Below are positions 7,021 to 15,625 of a stretch of 20,000 nucleotides of DNA, piece by piece. The notes beneath the pieces are model-generated. The model was not told the DNA's origin. It worked only from the letters and a program-made list of their open reading frames with translations, and did no database searches. Source of the DNA: an uncultured virus (IMG/VR IMGVR_UViG_2061766007_000671) (taxonomy: Duplodnaviria > Heunggongvirae > Uroviricota > Caudoviricetes); the IMG/VR virus record IMGVR_UViG_2061766007_000671. The stretch is one strand, 5' to 3'. How positions within the stretch are numbered: the first letter of the stretch is position 1; each line of letters opens with the position of its first letter. The position numbers and the translations under genes are program-made.

Positions 7021-7698
7021 ACTTTTCCGCACAGGGAGAAGCAGTCCGTCTCCCTTTTCGCTCTTAAAGATGATGGGTTTCGCCAACCCGTCGCAGGTAG
7101 CCACCGCACCGGGCAGAAGATCGACCATGTCCTTGAGCCANNNNNNNNNNNNNNNNNNNNNNNNNNNNNNNNNNNNNNNNNNNNNNNNNNNNNNNNNNNN
7201 NNNNNNNNNNNNNNNNNNNNNNNNNNNNNNNNNNNNNNNNNNNNNNNNNNNNNNNNNNNNNNNNNNNNNNNNNNNNNNNNNNNNNNNNNNNNNNNNNNNN
7301 NNNNNNNNNNNNNNNNNNNNNNNNNNNNNNNNNNNNNNNNNNNNNNNNNNNNNNNNNNNNNNNNNNNNNNNNNNNNNNNNNNNNNNNNNNNNNNNNNNNN
7401 NNNNNNNNNNNNNNNNNNNNNNNNNNNNNNNNNNNNNNNNNNNNNNNNNNNNNNNNNNNNNNNNNNNNNNNNNNNNNNNNNNNNNNNNNNNNNNNNNNNN
7501 NNNNNNNNNNNNNNNNNNNNNNNNNNNNNNNNNNNNNNNNNNNNNNNNNNNNNNNNNNNNNNNNNNNNNNNNNNNNNNNNNNNNNNNNNNNNNNNNNNNN
7601 NNNNNNNNNNNNNNNNNNNNNNNNNNNNNNNNNNNNNNNNNNNNNNAACGTAGAACCGCGCAGGCATTGCTGTACAGCTTTTCAATGTTGATTGCCAT
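7012..7698 (-). CDS. Hypothetical protein interrupted by an N gap (may be more than one gene); C-terminus ...KPIIFKSEKGDGLLLPVRK
   Basis: AAGGAG RBS and start at 7698; C-terminal 42 aa visible; middle unknown. Confidence 0.45.
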   Translation of the reverse strand: MAINIEKLYSNACAVLRXXXXXXXXXXXXXXXXXXXXXXXXXXXXXXXXXXXXXXXXXXXXXXXXXXXXXXXXXXXXXXXXXXXXXXXXXXXXXXXXXXXXXXXXXXXXXXXXXXXXXXXXXXXXXXXXXXXXXXXXXXXXXXXXXXXXXXXXXXXXXXXXXXXXXXXXXXXXXXXXXXXXXXXXXWLKDMVDLLPGAVATCDGLAKPIIFKSEKGDGLLLPVRKSAA

Positions 7699-7710
7699 AT
7701 CATACTCCTT

Positions 7711-7947
7711 TCAGTACTCGCAGATATACAGGTCTTTGTAGATTTTGATGTGCTCCGGCAGATTGGCTTCAATCATGTCGAGCAGTTCCTGCCCATTGGT
7801 CTGGACGCCAAACATCAAGGACTTGACTCCGTAGTCCTTATGATAAAGCCACGACTCGCACCATCCGTCTTCCCTACGGATGACTTCGACTCGCCAGTCA
7901 CCGCCGACATCATACAGCTTTACCGCCATTGTGCAGATTTTAGTCAT
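7711..7947 (-). CDS. Hypothetical protein (78 aa)
   Basis: GGAGGAG RBS, ATGA coupling. Confidence 0.7.
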   Translation of the reverse strand: MTKICTMAVKLYDVGGDWRVEVIRREDGWCESWLYHKDYGVKSLMFGVQTNGQELLDMIEANLPEHIKIYKDLYICEY

Positions 7948-8156
7948 TTGCCTTTCTCCTCCTCATAATTCCTGATGTATTCCTTGCACTCCGCTATGGT
8001 AGTCAGAAGCGGATGCTTGCCACACTCTTTGAGTCCGTCAATCTCATACAGCGGTACAAGCTTCGTGGTATAGCACCGAAACCGATTGAGGACATTAACC
8101 TCAGTCATGGTCGTGGTCGGTCGAAAAACAAAGCCGTGGTATTTGTATTCTTTCAT
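7944..8156 (-). CDS. Hypothetical protein (~70 aa, MKEYKYHGF...)
   Basis: Start re-assigned to ATG 8156 with GGGGGTG RBS. Confidence 0.65.
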   Translation of the reverse strand: MKEYKYHGFVFRPTTTMTEVNVLNRFRCYTTKLVPLYEIDGLKECGKHPLLTTIAECKEYIRNYEEEKGK

Positions 8157-8224
8157 ATCAGTTTCACCCCCGCGCACAGCGCCATCAGCAACGTGGCAAT
8201 CGCCACAATAATGTTCGCCATCAT
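8153..8224 (-). CDS. Micro hydrophobic peptide (MMANIIVAIATLLMALCAGVKLI)
   Basis: ATGA-coupled at both ends, GGAGG RBS; single hydrophobic helix. Confidence 0.45.
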   Translation of the reverse strand: MMANIIVAIATLLMALCAGVKLI

Positions 8225-8595
8225 TCTTCCTCCTCTCCTTTGTACGGCTCTGCGGAAATCGCAAGCGTTCCGTTTACTCCAAGGCAATCCTCGCCGTCGT
8301 CGTCGAAGTCAAGCTCCTCCAACCACGCAAGTTCGCCGCGCAGAATCCACTGCGTCTGTCCTTTCTCTGCGTAGGTGCGTCCCCAGTTTTTGTAGAACTC
8401 CCAGTCGCGTTCTGCCGATTCCTTTGTTTCGTATCTTCCTACACAAGTAGGATTAAAGGAGTTGCTCGTGATTCTCGTGTCGCAGGACATATAGGTGTCG
8501 AAGATTTCGTCCGCGCTCATACTCGGAATCAGATTCTTTGAAGTCGTTCCCATGCGGAACTGGAAATCATCCAAGTAGATTTCGTATTTGGTCAT
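8221..8595 (-). CDS. Acidic hypothetical protein (~124 aa)
   Basis: GGAGGTG RBS; first gene after motif copy P1. Confidence 0.7.
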   Translation of the reverse strand: MTKYEIYLDDFQFRMGTTSKNLIPSMSADEIFDTYMSCDTRITSNSFNPTCVGRYETKESAERDWEFYKNWGRTYAEKGQTQWILRGELAWLEELDFDDDGEDCLGVNGTLAISAEPYKGEEEE

Positions 8596-8610
8596 GCCTT
8601 TCACCTCCAC

Positions 8611-8670
8611 CCCATAGGGAATAATATCGTAAAATTCGGACAGTCATTTTGCACAAATTTGTGCAGATTT
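8611..8670 (-). promoter_or_regulatory. Repeated promoter-like motif P1 (class A)
   Basis: GTCCGAAT-N12-TTCCCTATGGG with upstream TTTGTGCAAAATGAC; perfect palindrome TGCACAAATTTGTGCA at 8650-8665. Confidence 0.6.
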
Positions 8671-8702
8671 CGTTGTGCATAAATATTCATTTGCGAGAAT
8701 AT

Positions 8703-8945
8703 TTATGCATCAGCGACCATTTCAATGGTGACACTGTTGCTATTGGTATAGATAGCGTTTACCTCCAGATCCTCGTAGTCGGAGACGAACACCCAGTTGC
8801 CTCCGCCCATGTGGTATTCCTCGCTCTCTTTCAGACCGTCCGTCCATCCTATCGTTTTAGTATCGATATGCCCGTCTTTATACAGCTCGGCAAGAGTAAC
8901 CTTCCCGCAGATGCAGACAGACTTCATCAGTTCACCCAGGGTCAT
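8703..8945 (-). CDS. Hypothetical protein (~80 aa, MTLGELMK...)
   Basis: GGAGG RBS, ATGA coupling. Confidence 0.65.
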   Translation of the reverse strand: MTLGELMKSVCICGKVTLAELYKDGHIDTKTIGWTDGLKESEEYHMGGGNWVFVSDYEDLEVNAIYTNSNSVTIEMVADA

Positions 8946-9154
8946 ACAGATTCCTCCCAGCTGTCGTTCGTGTGGATGATTTTCACCTCTGCCCTTTTGC
9001 AAGCCTCGTCATTGACAAGAAGGACAACTGCGCCCGCCGCTGACGTTTCCAACGAACAGACGCAGTCTCCTCTGTGCTTGCCAATGGCCAATCCCTTTTC
9101 CCACCGGGTCGAGTAGAATGTCCCGGCATTTGTTTTCAGCCACAGCATTTGCAC
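8942..9154 (-). CDS. Hypothetical protein (70 aa)
   Basis: AAGGAG RBS. Confidence 0.6.
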   Translation of the reverse strand: MQMLWLKTNAGTFYSTRWEKGLAIGKHRGDCVCSLETSAAGAVVLLVNDEACKRAEVKIIHTNDSWEESV

Positions 9155-9162
9155 ATCTCCTT

Positions 9163-9324
9163 TCAGCAGATAATCTGCTCGATCACTTCCGTGGAGAGCT
9201 TCATGGTCTCACCCTCATAGGTGAACCACGCGAACCCATCGGAAAAACTGACAACGCTGCCGTCCTTGTCCTCGCCAAGGTCAAGGATAACGGTCTCGTC
9301 TTTATCACGGTAAATGATACACAT
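9163..9324 (-). CDS. Hypothetical protein (53 aa, MCIIYRDKDETVILDL...)
   Basis: Manually read ORF with GGAGGTG RBS filling the gap. Confidence 0.6.
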   Translation of the reverse strand: MCIIYRDKDETVILDLGEDKDGSVVSFSDGFAWFTYEGETMKLSTEVIEQIIC

Positions 9325-9340
9325 TCTTACACACCTCCCC

Positions 9341-9796
9341 TCAGAATATTTTGTCGTTTACGCTGAGAAATGCGAGGTTCTTGTCGGCCCGAATAGTGTC
9401 GGCGAACATCGAGAGACTCTTGAGCATATCGGCGAAGAGCAGTTCTTCCCAGTTCTCAGCCGCCCAGTCCACATGGGCATGTCCTGCGTCTCCGATATAA
9501 TCATCAGCATAGCCGAAAGATTCCCACTCCCACGGGTCGTCCGTGTCGCCGCACTTCACACAGATGAAGTAATCGCAGACTGGCGTAGCTTCTTCAAGAT
9601 ACTCAGACGCCTCTTCCACCGTGTGGATGTTCAGTTCGATGTCGAGATACCCAAGCTCAAGCATGGCAATGCCCCTCACGTCACAGAGAGATGCGGCGCT
9701 GGCGGTCTTTGTCAGCCTGTTATCTGCCAGTTCTTTGCGCAGATCTTCATCGATGTCGCAGTTGAATGTGCACGTCATTTCTTTGCGCATCTTCAT
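9341..9796 (-). CDS. Acidic hypothetical protein (151 aa)
   Basis: AAGGAGGT RBS. Confidence 0.75.
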   Translation of the reverse strand: MKMRKEMTCTFNCDIDEDLRKELADNRLTKTASAASLCDVRGIAMLELGYLDIELNIHTVEEASEYLEEATPVCDYFICVKCGDTDDPWEWESFGYADDYIGDAGHAHVDWAAENWEELLFADMLKSLSMFADTIRADKNLAFLSVNDKIF

Positions 9797-9802
9797 ACCT
9801 CC

Positions 9803-10231
9803 TTACGAGTAGCTTTTGCCGTCAACGTAGATCCAGTAGTCGCCGATGTTGTGCTTGCGCTCGGCGGCATCCACAGCACTGTCTTTGTCGAATGACCAGA
9901 CCTCGTAGGTGGCAGTCAACTGCACTTCGTATTTGTGGGGCTTGGGGATGTCCGGGGTGAAGCCGCGTTCCACGGCGAAGTCGTACAGTCCGTCGGTGTC
10001 ATCTGCCGTGGACTCGTTGAAAAACCAGTCATCGAAGTCTTCGCCATCGAATCCCTCCGGGCACTGGTTGTACCACGCCTCCACGATAGAGCGCGGGAAC
10101 TCCACTTCCATCATGTTGTCGGGCGTGTCAAAGAACGGGTCGTCAAAGTCCATGCCATATTTCGACATGTACGGGGTCACCGTGCTTTTGTAAATGGTTA
10201 CCTCAAGCATCTCTTCTTTGCAGTTCTCCAT
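9803..10231 (-). CDS. Highly acidic hypothetical protein (~142 aa)
   Basis: TAATG coupling, GGAGGTGG RBS. Confidence 0.7.
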   Translation of the reverse strand: MENCKEEMLEVTIYKSTVTPYMSKYGMDFDDPFFDTPDNMMEVEFPRSIVEAWYNQCPEGFDGEDFDDWFFNESTADDTDGLYDFAVERGFTPDIPKPHKYEVQLTATYEVWSFDKDSAVDAAERKHNIGDYWIYVDGKSYS

Positions 10232-10503
10232 TAGCATTCCACCTCCACAATTTCTGCTGTGCTTTTCCAGTACTTTGTGTTCTCCGGGTTTTTGTACGTC
10301 CAGTTGCGCTTGGCATCGCACAGGCGGTCGTAACCGTACTCACGAATTCCATACATCCCCAAAGTCGATGGGAATCGCGCATGGCTTCCCTCTATGCCAA
10401 GCACTTGGTTTCCTTTGCCGTGCCAGTAAATGCTGACCTCTCCTGCGAAGCTCGGGTTCTCCGGCGTTGCCACGCTCGTCTCTTTTACGATGTACTTTAC
10501 CAA
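10231..10503 (-). CDS. Hypothetical protein (~90 aa)
   Basis: TTG start at 10503 after GGAGGAGGG RBS. Confidence 0.6.
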   Translation of the reverse strand: MVKYIVKETSVATPENPSFAGEVSIYWHGKGNQVLGIEGSHARFPSTLGMYGIREYGYDRLCDAKRNWTYKNPENTKYWKSTAEIVEVEC

Positions 10504-10921
10504 TCGTCTCCCTCCTCCCAACGCTCCGGGGGCAGAAGCTCCTGCNNNNNNNNNNNNNNNNNNNNNNNNNNNNNNNNNNNNNNNNNNNNNNNNNNNNNNN
10601 NNNNNNNNNNNNNNNNNNNNNNNNNNNNNNNNNNNNNNNNNNNNNNNNNNNNNNNNNNNNNNNNNNNNNNNNNNNNNNNNNNNNNNNNNNNNNNNNNNNN
10701 NNNNNNNNNNNNNNNNNNNNNNNNNNNNNNNNNNNNNNNNNNNNNNNNNNNNNNNNNNNNNNNNNNNNNNNNNNNNNNNNNNNNNNNNNNNNNNNNNNNN
10801 NNNNNNNNNNNNNNNNNNNNNNNNNNNNNNNNNNNNNNNNNNNNNNNNNNNNNNNNNNNNNNNNNNNNNNNNNNNNNNNNNNNNNNNNNNNNNNNNNNNN
10901 NNNNNNNNNNNNNNNNNNNNN

Positions 10922-11155
10922 TGTCATGGTCAAATACGGGCCGACATAGTCGCAGACACGATGTGGATCTACGTCGTGCAGTTCCACAAGGTGCTCCGGG
11001 TCATTGTAGTAGTGATGGCCCTGCCCGTCGTCGGTGCTGTAGGCCATGCCGTTGAAGTAGATGGTGGTGTCAATCCACATCTCCCGGTCGAGCAGGAACT
11101 GGCGGATTTCCTTGGCAAGCTTGCGCACTTGGGGCTTAGTCAGCTTCTTCTGCAT
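10922..11155 (-). CDS. Hypothetical protein, 5' part (MQKKLTKPQ...), 3' end in N gap
   Basis: GGAGG RBS; open frame up to the gap. Confidence 0.6.
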
Positions 11156-11537
11156 TTTTAGTCTCCTCCCAGTCATAGAATTTCCAGTCTTTTTTGTAGG
11201 CGGCGCTGTTGACATACACGTCAATCGCACAGCCGTATAGGTTCTGAAAATCGCACGACGCAAAGTCCTGCGCCATCTGCTCTGCGCTGTCATACTCCTC
11301 AACGTATCCGGGCCTCGGAGTACCGTCGATGAAGTTGTACACGAGACGGTAGTGGATAACGTCGGCATTGATTTGCAGTTCTTTATCCAGTACTACTTCT
11401 TCCCATTCGCTGGAAAGTTCTTCGGAGGAGACCTCGGTGTAAAGCACACCGACCTCCGTCGGCTTGCTGAAGTCGGCCTTGCATCCGTACTCCCGCATGC
11501 AGAAGTCGTCGATTGCGTCGCGCAGTTCTTTGTTCAT
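11136..11537 (-). CDS. Acidic hypothetical protein (133 aa)
   Basis: GGAGGTGG RBS, ATGA coupling. Confidence 0.7.
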   Translation of the reverse strand: MNKELRDAIDDFCMREYGCKADFSKPTEVGVLYTEVSSEELSSEWEEVVLDKELQINADVIHYRLVYNFIDGTPRPGYVEEYDSAEQMAQDFASCDFQNLYGCAIDVYVNSAAYKKDWKFYDWEETKNAEEAD

Positions 11538-11884
11538 GCGCCCACCTCCTCAAGCATATCACGTCGGATGTATTTGTACGCATCTTCAAAGCAGTCGTGC
11601 TCTGACTCGCCGGAAATCTGGTCGAGCATATACTTGCGGTAACGGTACGCCACCCGGCTGAGAAGCTCCGGGTCGGAGCGCAGGGCGTTGAGCCGCTCCA
11701 TCTCCGGGTCATTGTCGGCGCATCCGTCGGCGGAGTACATGGCGAGGTCGAGAACATAGTCCTCGTCCCACTGGTGCTCCTTCTCGTAGTAGGCATCCGC
11801 CAACTCCTGCGACGTAAGCTCAATCTCCACCCGGCACGTTCCCTCGCCGGGTTTCATGGACACGAATTCTCTGTAGATTTTCAT
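11534..11884 (-). CDS. Acidic hypothetical protein (~116 aa)
   Basis: GGAGGAG RBS, TGATG coupling. Confidence 0.7.
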   Translation of the reverse strand: MKIYREFVSMKPGEGTCRVEIELTSQELADAYYEKEHQWDEDYVLDLAMYSADGCADNDPEMERLNALRSDPELLSRVAYRYRKYMLDQISGESEHDCFEDAYKYIRRDMLEEVGA

Positions 11885-12057
11885 CAGCACTCCTCCAAGA
11901 GTCTGTTGGCCTCGTCGTACAGCGACATCATGCCGCTGATTTCAGCCTCGATTCCCATCGCCGCCAAGCGGTTCTCCAGTTCTTCGACGGCATCCTCCAA
12001 ATTCTCGGCCATCGTGACGATGCCAAGCTTCGCGCCGTTGCAGATGAGTTGATTCAT
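11884..12057 (-). CDS. Hypothetical protein (57 aa, MNQLICNGAKL...)
   Basis: Manually read ORF, coupled at both ends, AAGGAGG RBS. Confidence 0.6.
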   Translation of the reverse strand: MNQLICNGAKLGIVTMAENLEDAVEELENRLAAMGIEAEISGMMSLYDEANRLLEEC

Positions 12058-12527
12058 GCCACGCCTCCTTCCAGTTCTCTCGTGTTGTAGCAGTAGCAGT
12101 ACAGATTGTAGATGCCGGGGGTCGCGTTCATCCGCATGATGAGCGAGTAAATGCTGTGGGTCTTGTTGTATGTGTCCGGGAACACATCCATGCGGAAGAT
12201 GTAGTTCTCCCCGCAGTAGGATTCGTTCTCCTCACGCGCGTGGGGGTAATCCCGAAAGCACCGCCGCATCTCGGAGCGGTTGCGCAGCGGCGTGATTTCC
12301 CCCGCCTCCCGGCGGAGCATGTTGATAGCGTCGTCGAAGACGTCCTTGAATTCCTGCGTCTTCAGCTCCGGGTTGTGGTCAGTCCACGATGCCCAGAATC
12401 CGTCCCCGGAACGCCCGAAGTCTGCACGAAGGTGGCCGATGCATTTGTAGATCTTGTCGCCCTCCTCGCAGGAGTAGGCAAGCTTGTGCTCCTCCTTAGG
12501 AGCGGGGAAAAAGTACCAGTTCATCAT
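12054..12527 (-). CDS. Hypothetical protein (IGHLRADFG...YNLYCYCY type), of a kind seen in clostridial mobile elements
   Basis: AAGGAG RBS; family resemblance from memory only. Confidence 0.7.
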   Translation of the reverse strand: MMNWYFFPAPKEEHKLAYSCEEGDKIYKCIGHLRADFGRSGDGFWASWTDHNPELKTQEFKDVFDDAINMLRREAGEITPLRNRSEMRRCFRDYPHAREENESYCGENYIFRMDVFPDTYNKTHSIYSLIMRMNATPGIYNLYCYCYNTRELEGGVA

Positions 12528-12541
12528 GGACAGCACTCCTT

Positions 12542-12871
12542 TCAGTCGAGGTAGGGGAAGTAATCCCACTCACCGAACACGGCGACTTCCGGGTAGCTCC
12601 CGGCGGGAGACTCCTGCCACCTCTGCTTCTTCTCCGACCAGCGGAAGGTCTTGCGCCGCCCGTTAGGGTCATCCTCGATGTAGTCGGGCAGGGTGTCGTA
12701 GTACCGCGCCCCAAGGAAGACGGGCTTCGCCGCCCGGACGGTGATGACGTTTCCCTTCACGGTCTCAACCGTATAGGGATTGCGCACTGCGCGGACGTAG
12801 TACGCATTGCAGGGCGTGTATGTGTAGAGCTTCTCGCCGGGGACGGGGATGTGCTTCGTAGGCATATTCAT
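12542..12871 (-). CDS. Hypothetical protein (~109 aa)
   Basis: AAGGAG RBS before ATG 12871. Confidence 0.7.
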   Translation of the reverse strand: MNMPTKHIPVPGEKLYTYTPCNAYYVRAVRNPYTVETVKGNVITVRAAKPVFLGARYYDTLPDYIEDDPNGRRKTFRWSEKKQRWQESPAGSYPEVAVFGEWDYFPYLD

Positions 12872-12879
12872 CTCTCCTT

Positions 12880-13251
12880 TCACTCGCTGACAATCTCGAT
12901 GTCGATGTTGTTGAATGCCTGTGCGAATGCCGCCACGATATCCTTGAAGTAGCGGCACTTCTTCTTGTTGAGCTTCACCTTGGTGAACTTGTTGTAGGGC
13001 GTTTCGTAGATGTTCTCACCATATCCCTTCTTCTTGTTCAGCCCAAGGCAGTTCTTCATGTGCTCCTTATCGGCGAAGAACCCGAACAGGCTGTACATGT
13101 TCTCACCCTTCTCCTCGTACTCGTGAAGCATGATGAGGTAGCAGTTCCCATCGTACAGGGAGATGGTGAATTCCCTGTCCTCTTCCTCCGGGTGCTTCTG
13201 CACCAGTGTCACCTCGCCGCACTTGTCGGCCCACTGCCAGTTCAAAGACAT
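12880..13251 (-). CDS. Hypothetical protein (123 aa)
   Basis: AAGGAG RBS. Confidence 0.75.
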   Translation of the reverse strand: MSLNWQWADKCGEVTLVQKHPEEEDREFTISLYDGNCYLIMLHEYEEKGENMYSLFGFFADKEHMKNCLGLNKKKGYGENIYETPYNKFTKVKLNKKKCRYFKDIVAAFAQAFNNIDIEIVSE

Positions 13252-13266
13252 ATCTGCACTCCTTTC

Positions 13267-13461
13267 TCACATCACGCCGCCAAGCGACGTGGTAATCCAC
13301 ACCAGTTTTCCGTCACTCTTCTGAACGTAGTACTCGTTCCCGACCTCGTCGGTGTACCACCGAAGCCCGAAGTCCTTTTCGTAGTTCCCTTCGGGCATCC
13401 TCTTCAGTTTTCCAACGACCTCCCAGTCGAACACGGCCTTGGCCTGTTCGCGTACCGTCAT
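13267..13461 (-). CDS. Hypothetical protein (~64 aa)
   Basis: AAGGAGG RBS; first gene after motif copy P2. Confidence 0.65.
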   Translation of the reverse strand: MTVREQAKAVFDWEVVGKLKRMPEGNYEKDFGLRWYTDEVGNEYYVQKSDGKLVWITTSLGGVM

Positions 13462-13478
13462 GTGAATTCCTCCTTCCA

Positions 13479-13541
13479 CCCTATAGGGAATTGCTCGGTC
13501 GATTTGACACGCTCATAAGGTTACAATTTAGTTACAGATTT
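13479..13541 (-). promoter_or_regulatory. Repeated promoter-like motif P2 (class B)
   Basis: GTGTCAAA-N12-TTCCCTATAGGG with upstream TGTAAC-N5-TGTAAC. Confidence 0.65.
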
Positions 13542-13753
13542 ACTACGAGCCGGGACAGCTCGGTGAACTTGTCCAACACATCCCCAAGGGAGTTGTCCAG
13601 TTCTTCAAGGATGATGTCCGCATCCTCGGCCCACTCGGCATCGCCGTGCCACAGCTTGATGCCAAGGTCTTTGACGGTCTTGCCAATGTCCTCAAGCTTG
13701 AACTCCATGCTGTCAAGCTGATAGGAAAGTTGTTCCCGTACTTCCTCCGCCAT
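13532..13753 (-). CDS. Acidic helical hypothetical protein (~73 aa)
   Basis: GAGGAGGTG RBS before ATG 13753. Confidence 0.65.
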   Translation of the reverse strand: MAEEVREQLSYQLDSMEFKLEDIGKTVKDLGIKLWHGDAEWAEDADIILEELDNSLGDVLDKFTELSRLVVNL

Positions 13754-13766
13754 GTTATGCACCTCC

Positions 13767-14030
13767 TCAGACAACACGGATATAGATGGGATGCGTCTCC
13801 CAACTCTTCCTCGTAAGCACACAACCTCGGGAGTACAGGATATATTCGATGGCATCCTGTAGCTCTCCGAAGTCAGATCCATAGATGTTGGACGCGCCCT
13901 CCGGGTCTTCCTCTTTTTCCGGGTTCTCGATGGTTATGCCGCGCTTCTCAAGGAAGTCCTCAAAGGCCTCGATAATATCGGTCTCGGTCTCGATGAGCTG
14001 ACGGTTGTCGTTCTCTGTGATGACAATCAT
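13767..14030 (-). CDS. Acidic hypothetical protein (87 aa)
   Basis: AAGGAGGTG RBS. Confidence 0.7.
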   Translation of the reverse strand: MIVITENDNRQLIETETDIIEAFEDFLEKRGITIENPEKEEDPEGASNIYGSDFGELQDAIEYILYSRGCVLTRKSWETHPIYIRVV

Positions 14031-14042
14031 GTGCGCACCTCC

Positions 14043-14423
14043 TTATTCAAATATGCTGATGTACGCCTCGACCTCTTTTGTGAGACGCTTATAGTCCTCG
14101 GCGGTCGGATGGTAAACATACCAATCCGCCTCCCGGTCAATCCAAATGTGCGGGTAAATCCCGTCCCGAAAGTTGGGGTTCGTCGTGGGCTTTTTGCCAA
14201 AGAGGTTGGCGAACTTCACGACGTTCGTGTCCACCTCCCCGGTCTTGGCGTTGACTGCCCGGAGCATCAGTGCGTCGTAGTTGTCCCTGCTGAACGTGTT
14301 GTACAAATCCACACGGATTTTCACGTCGCCCAGTTTGATGTACGCGCTGTTCCCTACGAAAACCTCGCCCATAGCAAGCGGGCGAACGATTTTCTGTACC
14401 TCGTTTTTGAGAGTCGTCGGCAT
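14043..14423 (-). CDS. Hypothetical protein (126 aa; NPNF..GIYPHIW...WYVYHPT motif)
   Basis: AAGGAGGTG RBS. Confidence 0.75.
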   Translation of the reverse strand: MPTTLKNEVQKIVRPLAMGEVFVGNSAYIKLGDVKIRVDLYNTFSRDNYDALMLRAVNAKTGEVDTNVVKFANLFGKKPTTNPNFRDGIYPHIWIDREADWYVYHPTAEDYKRLTKEVEAYISIFE

Positions 14424-14435
14424 ATTTGCACCTCC

Positions 14436-14840
14436 TTAAAATTCGCACCACGAACGCCCGTGCCGCACCGCATTCTCCGGGAGAGGATACGGGACGCATT
14501 CCTGTGGGGCTTCTAATATGTATCCCCACTTACCCTTGCCACGGCAGTCGTGCTTACTTCCCCAAGGGACAAGCGTGTCCTCCCGGTACATATCCCATAG
14601 GTCAGCGGGAATGAATTCTGCATCACTGATATACACAGTGCCAACGACGGTCGGCTTTTTACCCCGCCCGGTGCTGACTACGGCCACGCGCTCACCAACC
14701 AACGCGCGGAGCATGTTCTTGGAGCGCGTCTCCATGGTCTTATTTCCCCTCATGATTTCCTCGACATAGGTAGACTCAAAGCATCCTGCCCATGTCACCA
14801 ATCTTAGGCGTTCGTCATTGTTGATGAAGAATCCCTTCAT
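14436..14840 (-). CDS. Second ASCH-like domain protein (~134 aa)
   Basis: YVEEIMRGNKTMETRS carries the GxKxxExR signature, plus VVGTV and WGYIL; GAGGAGGTG RBS before ATG 14840. Confidence 0.75.
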   Translation of the reverse strand: MKGFFINNDERLRLVTWAGCFESTYVEEIMRGNKTMETRSKNMLRALVGERVAVVSTGRGKKPTVVGTVYISDAEFIPADLWDMYREDTLVPWGSKHDCRGKGKWGYILEAPQECVPYPLPENAVRHGRSWCEF

Positions 14841-14851
14841 TCCGCACCTCC

Positions 14852-15184
14852 TCAGATGAAGTCGGAGACGCTCATGCCCGGAGCGTCCCACGGATTTGCA
14901 GAGCTGTAGTCGCCCCCGGTGACGGAGCGGATGTACTCCTTTTCCCAAGGGTCTACATACTCCTCCCAGTCATCTCCGTAGGGGTCTTCCTCCGTTTCCT
15001 CGGCCTCGCTGACCTCGCCCAAAAGGTTAAAGAAGATGTTAGTGCATCCACACTCTCGCAACTCCCGGAGACGGTTGTCCAGTTCTTCATTAGTGCCGAC
15101 GAAGAATTCACTCTCGTTTTCCTCGTCGGGGAAGAATCCATTCACGTCGTGCCAGTCCCGGATGATTTCCCACTCGTAGCGCAT
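14852..15184 (-). CDS. Very acidic hypothetical protein (110 aa)
   Basis: AGGAGGTG RBS, TGATG coupling. Confidence 0.7.
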   Translation of the reverse strand: MRYEWEIIRDWHDVNGFFPDEENESEFFVGTNEELDNRLRELRECGCTNIFFNLLGEVSEAEETEEDPYGDDWEEYVDPWEKEYIRSVTGGDYSSANPWDAPGMSVSDFI

Positions 15185-15324
15185 CAGAGCACCTCCTGTA
15201 CAGTTCTCTTCCCGGTCTTGGTGTCGTACACCAGTCTCAGCCCGGTGAATTTATTCTCAAACTCGATGACTCCCGGCTGAATCTCCCGCAGGAAAGCAAA
15301 GCCACTTTTGTAGATGATATCCAT
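15184..15324 (-). CDS. Small hypothetical protein (46 aa, MDIIYKSGFAF...)
   Basis: Manually read ORF with GAGGAGG RBS. Confidence 0.55.
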   Translation of the reverse strand: MDIIYKSGFAFLREIQPGVIEFENKFTGLRLVYDTKTGKRTVQEVL

Positions 15325-15328
15325 ACTG

Positions 15329-15625
15329 TCAATCCTCCTCGCTGGATGCGCTGACAACGCCGTCGCAGTACAGCCCGCCGTCTTCCTTCGCTCCGACCAT
15401 TACGGAGAGGAAAGTCTCCATAAGCTCGGCAAAGTTCTTGTCATCCTCGACGTACCACATGGCCTCGTCATCGTCGCTCTGAATCACAAGGTCTCCGTAG
15501 GCGATGTCGCCATCGCCCACCCCAAGGACAAGCCATTCCTCAAAGACCTCCTCATTGTTCACGTTGCGGCAGATGTACTCCATCGCCTTGACCAGCTTCG
15601 CACGTTCCAGTTTGTTCACGCTCAC
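15329..15625 (-). CDS. Acidic hypothetical protein (~98 aa)
   Basis: AAGGAGG RBS, GTGA coupling. Confidence 0.7.
   Translation of the reverse strand: MSVNKLERAKLVKAMEYICRNVNNEEVFEEWLVLGVGDGDIAYGDLVIQSDDDEAMWYVEDDKNFAELMETFLSVMVGAKEDGGLYCDGVVSASSEED

Noticed and set aside
7012..7140. C-terminal LLLPVR reminiscent of the beta-clamp (DnaN) end
   Set aside because: Most of the gene is in an N gap and the span is too short for DnaN, so it cannot be supported.
12771..12790. AATCCCTATA similar to the repeated -10-like box
   Set aside because: It lies inside a CDS and lacks the CAAA box at 12-nt spacing.
13479..13490. CCCTATAGGG resembling the T7 promoter end (CACTATAGGG)
   Set aside because: The upstream T7 specificity sequence is absent and the other five copies diverge; the bipartite motif explains it better.
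13759..15197. Recurrent GCACCTCCT 9-mer
   Set aside because: It is the reverse complement of a strong Shine-Dalgarno (AGGAGGTGC) before successive genes.
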